Shown: positions 1-10,508, counted from the stretch's first letter. The stretch: DNA of 64,000 nucleotides from Gammaproteobacteria bacterium (GCA_965222155.1 CBDCTH010000012.1:2848001-2912000), one strand, 5' to 3'. Numbers and translations are program-made. The notes: generated from the letters alone by a model not told the origin.

Positions 1-430
1 TTAACCGCTGTGTCTTAATACCGCGCTTCTGCCCGGAGATGTACACCGTGGACTCGGTTTCATCATGCCCCCGATAACCCCGGTCTACAAACGCCTCGTC
101 ACTACTCATCCCGGTCAAGCGCCGTACCTGTGCCAGGGCTTTTTTCAAGGTGTGGCCGTCATACGGGCTGCCCGGCACGGCCATACCCCCCACCACGAAG
201 TTACTCTTGTTCGTGGTGGCAATGCTCGCCTTCACCCCGAATTCATAACGTTTAGCCACCTTGCCCTTACTGATACATTCCACCGCCGGCGCATGCAGGC
301 TGTACAGCTTGTGTTTATCCTGCTTCTGCTGGGCCAGCAGTCGCTTGGCTAAGGCCAACTCGTCCGCAAACAGCGCCTGTCGGGCCGGATTGCCAGCGGT
401 GTTACGCTCACTGTCACGTACTACCCGCCC

Positions 431-492
431 CAGAGCCTGCCCCCCTGCTTACAACCGCAGGGGCAGGCTCTGTATGGAGTTGAGCAGGGGGA
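431..492. repeat. Nested small GC-rich hairpin elements (CAGAGCCTGCCCC...GCAGGGG type)
   Basis: 431-443 plus 471-492 is identical to 46045-46079. A related 27-nt unit (444-470) sits inside it in the opposite orientation. Confidence 0.75.
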
Positions 493-884
493 GGTGCGTA
501 ATCGCTTCACTTCGCGCCGCAGTCGCCGATACTGTTTGGCATGACCGTAGCGATTGGCCTGTTGCAGCGCCTTGGGTCCCTGGCGGGCAGTGCTCTGACG
601 TACTGTGACCCCCTGCTTGCGACATCACCGTACCCGACGCGCTCGTGACCGGTTCAACAGCTTGCTGTCGGTCGCATAACTCACCGCCTGCTCCTGTACC
701 GTGGTGTCCACCGTCACCCGTTTGAAGTCCGTCGTCTTCACTGCCTTGCTCTGCACCCCCAGCGCCACCGTCACCTGTAAAATCCGCGCACACCCCGCCG
801 CCCCAATGCGTTGGCGACAGCGCGTCAGGCTGCTCGGGTCGACCGGCGCCTCATGCTGAACGTACACCGCCCCGCAGACAGACT

Positions 885-2744
885 GTCGAGTAGACCGGGG
901 GAGTTTCACCCCCAGCCCCTCACAGAACCGAACGTGAATCTCTCGATTCATCCGACTCTTGTTATCCAACCGTTGCATGACCAAGTCGTTCCCAATGGAC
1001 AAAAAGATACGGGTTTCGCTGGGCCAGGTTGTTCACTCTCCGCCGGCTACGCCCGCGGTGCTCTTTGCGCGACTTATACTTCCTTCGGAGCCAGGCCCCG
1101 AGTCGCTCGTCAACGTACTTGAACAGTGTCCACATCTCTGTGGGGTAGCATCGCCCGTCGTACTGATCCCAGCCCCGTAGAACGGGATTGAGACTACGCG
1201 CACTATCTTCCAGCGGTCATGGCGCAGGCTGCGGCACGCGCCACCTCCGTATTCGGGCCCGCATCCGTTTGAGTGCTTGCGGGCTTACCGCCGGCAGGAA
1301 GTTGGTACAGATCTTCCCCCAACGGTTCTTTGCCCTGCGCAGTCGGAAGCAACAGCCAAGAAAGGTGAACTGGCTGTGGGAATAAGACCCCCGTCGATTG
1401 CTGTCCTGGCAGTAGACCACCTGGGTCTTCTCCGGGTGTAGCGTCAACTGGCAGGTGGCAAATCGCTCCTCCAGCGCCGACTTCAGCTTCTCCGCCTGCC
1501 ACCGCGTGCGGCAGCGGCAAACAGCGTCATCAGCATAGCGCTCGACCGGGACGTTCGGGTATTTCCGTCGCAGCCATTGGTCACACGCATAATGCAGACA
1601 CACATTCGCCAGCAGCGGACTGACCACCCCGCCTTGCAGCGTGCCGGTCAGTCTTTCCTGACTTGACCCCTCGGGTAATTCCACCGGCGCTTTCAGCTAT
1701 CGTTCGATGTCGATCAGCACCCCGTTCTCTTGGGTGTGCCGGCGAACCGCACGCCTCAGCAGCTCATGATCAATCGTGTCATAAAAGCCTTTGATGTCGA
1801 GGTCTACGACCCAGTCATATTCCCAGCCGCGCCTACGCGCCTGCTCCACCGCTTGATGGGCCGATTTGCCCGGTCCGAAGCCGTAGGAATCAGAGTCGAA
1901 CAGTACCTCCCACTCCGGCTCCAGATACTGCTTGACCACCCTCTGTGCAATGCGGTCCGAGACCGTCGGACTACCCAGAGGTCGGACCCCGCCCGCGGCC
2001 TTGGGAATCGCTACACGCCGTACCGGTGGCGGGAAGTAACTGCCCGACGCCAGCCGATTCCACAACTTGTACAGGTTAGTCTCAAGGTCCTGAGCAACGT
2101 CATCGAGACTCTGGCCATCGACGCCCGCCGCTTTTCCCTTCCCTTTCACCCACTTATAGGCCTCCCAGACCCTGCGCTTGGTGACCGGTAACGGTTTGTC
2201 TGAACCCCTCACACTCCTCCCGGTCGGCCCGGTTGATGTGACGGCCCAGACTGGATAACGCAACCCCTTCGCTCCAGCGCCATTACCGCCCCTTCTGCAC
2301 TACTACGGGTTGCTCCGACCCTGTCATGGGTATCGGTATTCTCCCTCGTGGTGTGAGCCACTTGTGGCTTTCCCTTAACACCCCATGCCAGGTGCCCACG
2401 TCCCGTGTTGAAGCCTGTGATGAGATCATGTCGCCTAATCACCGGGTGGCGCGCGGACCGTAAGCAGGCACCGTCCACACTTATCCGGGTGCTACTGACC
2501 GGCACCCGTTTTGACCGCGTCTTGAACCCATTTCGATGCGTCATCAGCGGTTCGCTCGCGCTCATCTTCTCATCACTCACCTGACGGCTTTATTGCCGCC
2601 TTTTCCTCATCGCTCACCACCACGTCTCTTACACGCAGCAGCAGGCGGTGGTTTGGAGCCTGCCCCTGCAGGCCGACTCCGGGAGGCCACACTCCCATCT
2701 TCAACACAGCTCCATCAGCGTCCCCGCTGATGTTCGTGGCACAC
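885..2744 (-). mobile_element. Group II intron (about 1860 nt), degenerate
   Basis: 5' end GTGTG at 2744, 3' end ...CTACTCGAC at 885, domain V at 958-925 (GAGTCGGATGAATCGAGAGATTCACGTTCGGTTC) followed by a domain VI hairpin. Removing it restores the transposase codons TGG-CAG. Confidence 0.92.
962..2212 (-). pseudogene. ltrA: Group II intron reverse transcriptase/maturase with two in-frame stops
   Basis: GGAGGAG RBS and GTG start at 2212. Motifs AAGVDG, VRPLGSPTVSDRIAQ, DLDIKGFYDTIDH, GTLQGGVVSPLLAN, RYADD, then domain X NPVLRGW. Stops at 1697-1699 and 1217-1219 in the same frame. No endonuclease domain. Confidence 0.9.
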
Positions 2745-3141
2745 GCCAGTACGGATTCTCCACCCAGCCCGACACCACCGCCTCATCGGATAACCCATAA
2801 CAATGCGTCAGATAGTGCAACCCCACCATTAACCGGGTCGGTTTCCCCGGACAGCCGTTATCCGGGCAGTACCGCGCACCGAATGCCTTATCAAACACCG
2901 ACCAGTCCACCCGGTCGGCCAGGCGATATAAAGCATGGCGTTGATTGAGCATAGTGTCCAGGCGTTCGCGGAACAGGTCGGTTGAGGCGCCGGTAGCGGC
3001 GTCAGGTTGTCTGGGCGTCATTTTTATCTCCGATATTGCAAGAAAATGAAGGTCCATGATACCAAAACCGGCAATATCAGTCCAGAAAAAATACAACTTA
3101 CATCAATATGATCAATGAATTAGAATGATTTATCGGGTTTT

Positions 3142-3615
3142 TCAGGGGCGACTAATTAATTCCATGCGACTTCCCTTCGGACCAAAAGGATCAATCATTA
3201 CGAATGACGGGGCAAGCTTTTTTTTCTGTTCTTCAAGATAATTAAGGATTGCTGTCATATTATTATCGAATTCACCGACAAGAACTTTCCAGGTAACGTC
3301 CGGAATGGAGTCAAACTTCTGCAAGACTCGTTCAAGGTGGTTCGCATGGCTGGTATCCGATTCCATGAAAAGGCAGACAATTTCCGCATTTTTTAATTTG
3401 CCCCCGCGCTTTTGCTGTTTTACACATTCCAACGCAATCACCGGTGACCCTGGTTCACCACCTGAGTACTCACCCGGCCCGGCGAAACCGTCGATATACA
3501 GGATTCGAGTATGGGAGCTGCCCAAGATTGGAAACCAGCCATCCAGGTAATACTTCAAAATCAGATGCTTACCTTCCGTATGCTCCCCTTTTGTCCAAAG
3601 CTGTTGTGAAGACAT
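3142..3615 (-). pseudogene. tcmP: Three-Cys-motif partner protein TcmP (SAM-binding fold), 3'-truncated by the IS5
   Basis: HTEGKHLILKYYLDGW, YIDGFAGPG, GSPVIAL and VMIDPFG match TcmP-type proteins. The last codons and the stop lie inside the IS end. Confidence 0.75.
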
Positions 3616-3675
3616 TAAAAGTAAGTTTCTTGCGTATGAGCGGATAAAGAACTGGTATCACGGATCTTATTTGTT

Positions 3676-3769
3676 TCGACGAAGAATTGTTTCAGAGTCA
3701 TATCACGGTCGGTGGCGATAATCATAGCCTGTCGAATATTGGGTCAGGAAGTTCGATTGACGTTTCCAT
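3676..3769 (-). pseudogene. Relic of a VapB-like (ribbon-helix-helix) antitoxin
   Basis: METSIELPDPIFDR then, in another frame, IIATDRDMTLKQFFVE resembles the MKTTIELPD..L...A..RG.TLK N-terminus of these antitoxins. Confidence 0.4.
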
Positions 3770-3830
3770 ACTGTCTGTCCCTCGTTAACGCTGAGCCTTC
3801 CTTGTGGGTATTTCGCTTAACGGCTGTCAA

Positions 3831-4136
3831 TCAAGCTGGTTCGTAACGACGAACGTTGACCTCGCTTGCGCGGGCGCGCATCTGCGAGGCGTCCCACCAA
3901 GCCTGCATTCGCAATAGCATATCCATACTGACGTTAAAGGCTTTCTCGATACGTAAAGCCATCTCCGGCGATAACGAGGCATGTCCGTTCAGCAGGGCCG
4001 AAAGTGTCGCCCGGCGTACCCCCAGGATCTCCGCCGCCCTTGTCAAGCTTAGACCCAATTCCTCGATGACCTCTGTGCGGATGAAATCGCCTGGATGCGA
4101 AGGGGTCATGTTCACTTTGACATTATTGATAGCCAT
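3831..4136 (-). CDS. higA: HigA-family antitoxin (HTH)
   Basis: PSHPGDFI...AAEILGVRRATLSALLNG...SPEMALRIEKAF. Its start overlaps the toxin stop. Confidence 0.92.
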   Translation of the reverse strand: MAINNVKVNMTPSHPGDFIRTEVIEELGLSLTRAAEILGVRRATLSALLNGHASLSPEMALRIEKAFNVSMDMLLRMQAWWDASQMRARASEVNVRRYEPA

Positions 4137-4426
4137 CAGTGGTAATCCTCCAAGTTCAGGTGGTCGATATAACCATCCTCTTCTTCAAACGTGATTCGCC
4201 AATTGCCTGATACAGAAACGCTCCATTTATTCTGCCGGTCACCTGAGAGTCGGTGGACGCGCCAGCCGGACGGAGCGTCAGCAATAAACTCGCCGATGTC
4301 CCCGGCCAGGATCAGTACCGTCAAGATCTTGCGCACCCGGTTGACAAGGGTCTGCCGCAGGAACCGGGAGTTATCGTCCTCGATCAATCGGCGCAAGCCC
4401 CGGTGCCGGACAGAGCGAACAATCAT
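4136..4426 (-). CDS. higB: HigB-family (RelE/ParE) toxin
   Basis: IVRSVRHRGLRRL...HRLSGDRQNKWSVSVSGNWRITF...LNLEDYH; toxin-first gene order. Confidence 0.92.
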   Translation of the reverse strand: MIVRSVRHRGLRRLIEDDNSRFLRQTLVNRVRKILTVLILAGDIGEFIADAPSGWRVHRLSGDRQNKWSVSVSGNWRITFEEEDGYIDHLNLEDYH

Positions 4427-4620
4427 GCTGTGAGTGTACGGTAATACCGTTCACTATGCAAGCCTTTTTCCTGGGTTTATTAGGAATAAATGAACAATGT
4501 TTGTCACTATCGCCATTTCCGTTGATAATACCGCTTTTCACGCACTGCTCAGGTGAGAGCCAGACATTGATCGAAGAATTGAAAGACCTGTTGCGTCAAT
4601 AGCGAGCCGATTGATCGACC

Positions 4621-7600
4621 ATGGCCCTGAACCCCGTCGTCTATACCGAAAAGATACTCAAGAGTTTCCTTCGCTATCAACTTACCGCGTATCCGTTTGC
4701 CGACCCCGGCCTGCACGCGCAGATGCGCGACTTGCTTTCCCTTGACGAGACGCGCCAATCTCCATTGCTCAAAGGGCCTTACGTCAGCTTGTCACGTCCT
4801 TTTCGCGCAGGCGCCCCAATAGAAAAACTGGTCAGCGAGGGACTGCTGCACCCGCACCTACATGAGCGCATTCCATCCGAACTTACGCACCTCTACAGCC
4901 ACCAGAAGCAGGCGTTTCGCGCCATTTATGACGGCAGGACAACGCTTATTTCGACCGGGACCGGTTCCGGCAAGACCGAATGTTTCCTCTATCCCATCGT
5001 CAGCCGCTGTCTGTCCATGCGGGACGAGGGCGCGCCGCCGGGCATCAGTGCGGTGATCATCTATCCCATGAACGCGCTGGCAGAAGATCAGCTCATGCGG
5101 TTACGCTCACTGCTGGCGGGCACGGGTATTCCGTTCGGCATGTACGTGGGCAAGACACCGGAACTGGAAACGGAGGTGGCCGGCATCAGACTGCCTGCGG
5201 GGTCATCGCGCGCGGATTATACAGATCGACTCGACCGCACGCGGCGCGAAGGCAGCGGCGAAACGGTCTATCCGGCTGAGGAAGTCTGTTCCCGCAAAAT
5301 GATGCGTACGGAGGGGCGACAACCCCGGGTCCTGCTCACCAATGTCAAACAACTCGAACTGTTGCTGACACGCGCACAGGACGTGGAACTTTTTAACGCG
5401 GCGCGGCTTGACTACCTGATCTTCGATGAAGCCCACACGTTCACAGGGGCGCTCGGGGCAGAAACCGCCTGCCTGGTGCGCAGGCTACGTACCTTCTGTG
5501 GGCACGGGGCGGAAAATACGGTGTACGTGGCTACTTCTGCAACTATTGTTGACCAAAAAGAACCCGATTCGGCGCGCAGTTTTGCTGCCCGCTTTTTCGG
5601 GGTAGCCGCAGATTCCGTGGTCACGATAGACGAAGGCTATGAAGAGGAGGCCTGGCCGGACACGCGCACACTGCCGCCCGCGCCTGATGGCGAGACGGCG
5701 ATGGTCCTGGATCGATGTGTGCGGGCCGTTGAAGAAGATGAATCAAACGATACCAAAGTGCGCGACGCGTACCGTTCACTCTCGGGGCGTGATCTGGAAC
5801 CGGGTAATTGGGCGGAAGCGCTGTATACGGCCCTGTCCAGAAATGAACTCGTATATCAATTAAACCGGGAATTAGTAACGCCCAAGCCCCTGGACGAACT
5901 GCCGGAAACACTGCAAAAACACGTCTCGCGTCCGGTAACCGAAGCGGAAATTCTTGCGTGGTTGACCTTGGGCGCGGCAGCGCGGCGGGAGGGACGCCCG
6001 TTATTAAGACCCGTCGTACATGGATTCATTCGCGGCATCAGCGGAGCCGTGGTGACGTTTCCCGAGGTAGGGCAGGGCCCGAGGCTATGGCTGGCCGCCG
6101 AGGACGAAATCGGGGAACAAACAGACAGAGGGAATCACGCACATTTTCCAGTGACCACCTGCACAACCTGCGGACAGCACTACTATATCGCTTTCCTGAA
6201 GGACTTCGAATTCACCGGAAAAACGCCTGGCGGGGGGGAAGCAGGGCCGGAGGGATCATATTGGCCGCCCCTGGAGAAAACACATGGCGGAAAACGCGCC
6301 GTATTTGTAGATAAGCTTATTGGCAATAGCGATGATGAAACAGGACCTAACGAGCGCACCACGCACCTGTATTTCTGCCGCGGTTGTGGCGCCGCGCATC
6401 CCGATCCTGTCCGGTGTTGCCGTTCCTGTGGTAGCGCGGGTGGACCCATCGGATTGTTTGCCATTCGCGAGAAGAAGAACCACCCGGGACACCTGAGTAG
6501 TTGCCTTTCCTGTGGCAGCGTCGGACGTAACTTCAGCGACCAATATCGCGAACCCGCACGACCGGTGCGAGCAACCAACGTTGCCGACGTTCACGTGCTG
6601 GCTCAGGATATGGTGCATCATTCGGAACGCCCCAGACTGTTGGTATTCTGCGATAACCGACAGGATGCCGCGTTTCAGGCAGGCTGGATGAAAGACCATG
6701 CGCGTCGTTATCGCCTGCGCGCCCTGATGGCGGAGGGTATCAGGGAAACACCGCGTTCCATCGGCGATTTAACCGCTGTCCTTGAAGACAGGATAGAGCA
6801 GGACCAGGCACTGTCACGTGCATTGATTCCCGAGGTCTGGCAGGTGGCGCGACGTGAGGGTAGTGGTGGACAGCATGAACGGGAACGTCGAAAATTTCTA
6901 CGTTTCCAGGTGTTACGCGAAATTGCGCTTTCTTCCCGTCAAGCCCTGGGCCTTGAAGCCTGGGGGCGGATGAAGGTGGAATACCAGGGACTTGACGCTT
7001 CGCTGCCCTGGATACAGTCTCAGGCTCACAGGCTGGCACTGCCCGCTGAAGTATTTCGTGAAGGCATTTCAGGTATCCTTGATTATCTACGGCGTAAACG
7101 TGTATTACACGATCCTGAGCACGAAATTTTTACCAAGTACTGGATGGAGGGCGACCGGGAAATACAGCAGGGCTACCTGCCTGACTTTCTCAGGCCCAAC
7201 GCCACCAAACTACGCCGGGGAGTTGGTGAAAAACAGGAATTAGTCACGCAGTGGCTCAGTAACGGTGGTAATACCACAATATGGCAGATTGCAAAAAAAT
7301 GGGGGGCCGCGTCGGAGCATGTTCCTGAACTGCTGGAAAGTCTGTTCGAGTTCCTGGTTGAACGGAAGTTGCTAACCCCGGTGCGGCTCAAAGGCGCACG
7401 AGGCCGTGCGCTTCCCAACGTCAGCGAAGTCTACCAGGTAAACGCCGATCTCCTCCGCTTAAATCCCAACCGGGGTGTCTGGCGTTGCAGGAGTTGTCGG
7501 CGCACTACGACTCGGCGCCTTCCCCAAGACTGTTGTCCCGCGTGGCGTTGTAGCGGGATTCTGGAATTCGTCCCAGAACCCCCCGACAACTACGACCTGC

Positions 7601-10035
7601 AACTCCTTGACCAAGCATATTCAATGCTGCGACCGGAGGAACATACGGCAATGGTGCCGGTGGAAGAACGCGAACGCCTGGAGAATTTGTTCAAGGGCGA
7701 GTCTGAGGCAGTGAACTGTTTTGTATGTACACCCACTTTGGAACTGGGTATCGACATTGGCCGGCTTGACGCCGTATTAATGCGTAACGTGCCGCCTCTG
7801 CCTGCCAATTACTGGCAACGGGCTGGGCGAGCCGGACGACGTCATCGCATGGCGGTGGATATCACCTACTGCCGTCCGGTCTCCCACGACCGCGCTTACT
7901 TTACGGAACCTACCAAACTGCTTGCCGGGCGCATTGACCCGCCCGCTTTTAACCTGCGTAACAATGTGATGGTTGCCAAACACGTACACGCGACGATTAT
8001 CACCCGGTTACATGAATATGCCCGAGACACAACGCGAACCGAGAATGAACGCGACGTCATCCGGGAGGTACTGAGCGCCTGCCTGCCTGGACGGGTCAGC
8101 TCTTACCTGTTCGAGGATGGGAACTTGCGCCATGATGAATTCGACCTTACGCCTCTGCGAGAGCTGATTGAGCAAAATAGCCTTGATATCGTCAGGCACG
8201 TGCAGCAGGTTTTTTGTCAAGGCTGGCCCGAAACGGACACGGAGGTAGTTGCTCCCGGGGCGTTGCAGGCACACTGCGAAATGTTTGTTGATGACCTGGA
8301 TGCTGCGATTGCACGCTTGCGACGACGCCTGCGTTGGGCGCTGGAACAGATCAAACGTCTCAATATCCGACGCGAGCAAACAGGCACCTTGGAAGCCCTG
8401 GACGAAACCCTGTTCCGTCGCTGTGACAGCCTGGTCAAGCGGTTCAAGGGAACTTACCGACGAACACGACGTGACGCGGAGAGACACGACGACTTCACTA
8501 CCTTCAACGTGCTGGCGGCTGAGGGATTTCTGCCGGGTTACGGCCTCGAAACCGGGGCGGTGATCGGTTGGGCCGAAATCCCATTCTGGCGCACCGGGGC
8601 GATGGACTTTGTACTGCCGCGCCCGGCCGCTAATGCATTACGCGAATACGTACCCGGCAACCTGATTTATGCCAACGGTCATCGATTCGTCGCGCGGCGA
8701 TTTCACCGTGACATTAACGAGGAACGAGCCGAGACGCCGTTGTATGAAATCTCGGTCGAACATCAGGCGGTGAAGCCGCTCAATACCGGCGTGGATTCCT
8801 TGCTGAGCGCGCAAACTATTCAGACCATGGCAGTCTGCGATACGGATCTCATCCATTCATCCCATATATCGGACGAAGAGGTGTTGCGTTTCCAGCTAGG
8901 CGTTGCTATCTACGGGATTGAGCTTGACCAACACGATGGCGGCCAGACGTTTCGCTGGGGGCCACAACGCCTACAGCTTCGACGCGGTGTGCGTATGCGG
9001 CTTGTCAACGTGGGTGCATCGAGCGCCATTCAACGCGACGGTTTGTTCGGCTATCCTGTATGCATGGTATGCGGCCACAGTGTCTCTCCACTCTCCTCGG
9101 AACGGCAGCGCAACCAGTTCAGGAAATCGCACGCTGAGCGGTGTCATCGTGAACCGAAGTCAATCGGGTTCTATGCCGACATAACCGCTGACGTCCTGTC
9201 GCTGCCTGCCTGCGAGGATGCGACAACCGCTTATAGCTTGGTGGAGGCACTGCGCTTTGCCGCCACTCGCGTTCTCGACATGCACACGGAGGACTTGCAG
9301 GTGCTTGTAATCGGTCACGTAAACCGGGATGATGTGGACGCGCTCCTGTGGGACCCAATGCCTGGGGGTTCGGGATTACTGGACCGATTATGTGAACGTT
9401 TTGAAACTGTCGTCCAGGTTGCGCTGGAGATAGTTGAAAACTGTCCCAGCGCCTGCGAGGCCTCCTGTGTTGATTGTCTTCAGACGTTTCGTAATGCCTA
9501 CTATCATCAATCACTGAATCGACGTCTGGCGCGCGAACGATTTCACGATTGGGGGCGACGTTTATCAGTTGACCATGATATTCCACCTAAGTACCCGACC
9601 GAGACGCCAGAAGAAAATGCCGTTCCCGTAAATGACGCGGAAGTGAAATTACGTCATTTGCTGATCGCAGCCGGATTCAGTGGAGGTGTCCGGAACAAGC
9701 AGATCCGGCTTGACCACGTGTTGGGTACGACGACGCCGGATGTTATGTATCGTGCGGAGCATCATGAACAAAATGAAGGGATTTGTATCTACCTCGACGG
9801 CTTAAGCAGACACCTGCACGGGAATCCTGAAACGGCCGAACGGGATCGCAACATACGCAGTTGGCTGCGTAATCATGGCTATGAAGTCATTGAGATCAGC
9901 GTCAACGAACTTGACGATGAAGATGCTATGGTGAGACATTTCCGACGACTGGCAAACTACCTCGGGATGTTGGACGTACGAGAACGAATCCGAAATGATC
10001 GGTCCTGGTTCCACACTCCGGCAGACGTCGTATGA
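4621..10035 (+). CDS. Large DEAD/DEAH-box helicase with Zn-ribbons, DUF1998 and a C-terminal Vsr/DUF559-like nuclease domain
   Basis: TGTGSGKT, YPMNALAEDQ, DEAH, SAT, TPTLELGIDIG, QRAGRAGRR; several CxxC pairs; GGSG...CPSACEASCVDCL (DUF1998); C-terminal TPD...IYLDG...H...DRNIR..LR..GY.VI. Confidence 0.88.
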   Translation: MALNPVVYTEKILKSFLRYQLTAYPFADPGLHAQMRDLLSLDETRQSPLLKGPYVSLSRPFRAGAPIEKLVSEGLLHPHLHERIPSELTHLYSHQKQAFRAIYDGRTTLISTGTGSGKTECFLYPIVSRCLSMRDEGAPPGISAVIIYPMNALAEDQLMRLRSLLAGTGIPFGMYVGKTPELETEVAGIRLPAGSSRADYTDRLDRTRREGSGETVYPAEEVCSRKMMRTEGRQPRVLLTNVKQLELLLTRAQDVELFNAARLDYLIFDEAHTFTGALGAETACLVRRLRTFCGHGAENTVYVATSATIVDQKEPDSARSFAARFFGVAADSVVTIDEGYEEEAWPDTRTLPPAPDGETAMVLDRCVRAVEEDESNDTKVRDAYRSLSGRDLEPGNWAEALYTALSRNELVYQLNRELVTPKPLDELPETLQKHVSRPVTEAEILAWLTLGAAARREGRPLLRPVVHGFIRGISGAVVTFPEVGQGPRLWLAAEDEIGEQTDRGNHAHFPVTTCTTCGQHYYIAFLKDFEFTGKTPGGGEAGPEGSYWPPLEKTHGGKRAVFVDKLIGNSDDETGPNERTTHLYFCRGCGAAHPDPVRCCRSCGSAGGPIGLFAIREKKNHPGHLSSCLSCGSVGRNFSDQYREPARPVRATNVADVHVLAQDMVHHSERPRLLVFCDNRQDAAFQAGWMKDHARRYRLRALMAEGIRETPRSIGDLTAVLEDRIEQDQALSRALIPEVWQVARREGSGGQHERERRKFLRFQVLREIALSSRQALGLEAWGRMKVEYQGLDASLPWIQSQAHRLALPAEVFREGISGILDYLRRKRVLHDPEHEIFTKYWMEGDREIQQGYLPDFLRPNATKLRRGVGEKQELVTQWLSNGGNTTIWQIAKKWGAASEHVPELLESLFEFLVERKLLTPVRLKGARGRALPNVSEVYQVNADLLRLNPNRGVWRCRSCRRTTTRRLPQDCCPAWRCSGILEFVPEPPDNYDLQLLDQAYSMLRPEEHTAMVPVEERERLENLFKGESEAVNCFVCTPTLELGIDIGRLDAVLMRNVPPLPANYWQRAGRAGRRHRMAVDITYCRPVSHDRAYFTEPTKLLAGRIDPPAFNLRNNVMVAKHVHATIITRLHEYARDTTRTENERDVIREVLSACLPGRVSSYLFEDGNLRHDEFDLTPLRELIEQNSLDIVRHVQQVFCQGWPETDTEVVAPGALQAHCEMFVDDLDAAIARLRRRLRWALEQIKRLNIRREQTGTLEALDETLFRRCDSLVKRFKGTYRRTRRDAERHDDFTTFNVLAAEGFLPGYGLETGAVIGWAEIPFWRTGAMDFVLPRPAANALREYVPGNLIYANGHRFVARRFHRDINEERAETPLYEISVEHQAVKPLNTGVDSLLSAQTIQTMAVCDTDLIHSSHISDEEVLRFQLGVAIYGIELDQHDGGQTFRWGPQRLQLRRGVRMRLVNVGASSAIQRDGLFGYPVCMVCGHSVSPLSSERQRNQFRKSHAERCHREPKSIGFYADITADVLSLPACEDATTAYSLVEALRFAATRVLDMHTEDLQVLVIGHVNRDDVDALLWDPMPGGSGLLDRLCERFETVVQVALEIVENCPSACEASCVDCLQTFRNAYYHQSLNRRLARERFHDWGRRLSVDHDIPPKYPTETPEENAVPVNDAEVKLRHLLIAAGFSGGVRNKQIRLDHVLGTTTPDVMYRAEHHEQNEGICIYLDGLSRHLHGNPETAERDRNIRSWLRNHGYEVIEISVNELDDEDAMVRHFRRLANYLGMLDVRERIRNDRSWFHTPADVV

Positions 10036-10508
10036 ATTTGAGCCATGCGTTGTTATCACTGAAGAAGACCGAATACGAGACTGATCTATTGCGTAGACTT
10101 AGACTCATGAATAATACTGCACTCTCGTATACTGAATGGACACAATCCAGTGATCCGAATTTCAAGAGTCCGACAAAGGCAAAAGCTTATTCATTGGCCC
10201 GTACCGTGAACTTAAATCCACTTCCAAAACCTCCACCCTTCAGAGAACACCCGGTTTGGGTAATAAATTCAAACAAGGGATTACGTTCCCTGAAAAAGCC
10301 TGTTGTACTTCAGGTAAAAATCGAAGGAGACACTTATTTTGCGGAAAATAATTTCCTGGAAATCTGCGGATATGGAGATAGCCCCTTTAAGGCCTTGGAT
10401 GATGCAATAAAAGAACTCGCTTATTGCTATGAGTATTATGGAAACCTTAATGAAAATGAAGTTGTCGGACACGGTGTTACAGTCAGAAATCGATTTCTGG
10501 ATCTGTAA
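10032..10508 (+). CDS. Hypothetical protein with a HicB-like C-terminal region
   Basis: ATGA overlap with the helicase stop. YFAENNFLEICGYGDSPFKALDDAIKEL resembles the HicB-type G.G.S..EA..D motif. Confidence 0.5.
   Translation: MNLSHALLSLKKTEYETDLLRRLRLMNNTALSYTEWTQSSDPNFKSPTKAKAYSLARTVNLNPLPKPPPFREHPVWVINSNKGLRSLKKPVVLQVKIEGDTYFAENNFLEICGYGDSPFKALDDAIKELAYCYEYYGNLNENEVVGHGVTVRNRFLDL

Larger units (their letters stand above)
1..3021 (-). pseudogene. IS5-family transposase pseudogene (exon 1 3021-2745, exon 2 884 to <1)
   Basis: N-terminus MTPRQPD...LFRERLD...PTRLMVGLHYL...WVENPYW joins across the intron to Q-SVCG...DPSSLTR...VDTTVQE, then GKVAKRYEFGVK, PYDGHTL and VDRGYRG. In-frame TGA at 625-627 and an insertion at about 431-492. 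Confidence 0.85.
1..3152 (-). mobile_element. Decayed IS5-family insertion sequence (runs off the left edge), interrupted by a group II intron and a small hairpin insertion
   Basis: IS5-like end GTCGCCCCTGAAAAACCC starts at 3152 on the minus strand, preceded by TTA. Transposase segments are recognisable on both sides of the intron. Confidence 0.85.

Noticed and set aside
962-2212. Retron, DGR or defence-associated reverse transcriptase
   Set aside because: The RT lies inside clear group II intron boundaries with domains V/VI and has a maturase X domain.
4549-4620. Possible 3' remnant of a lost gene upstream of the helicase (…SQTLIEELKDLLRQ*)
   Set aside because: Too short to assign; could be chance.
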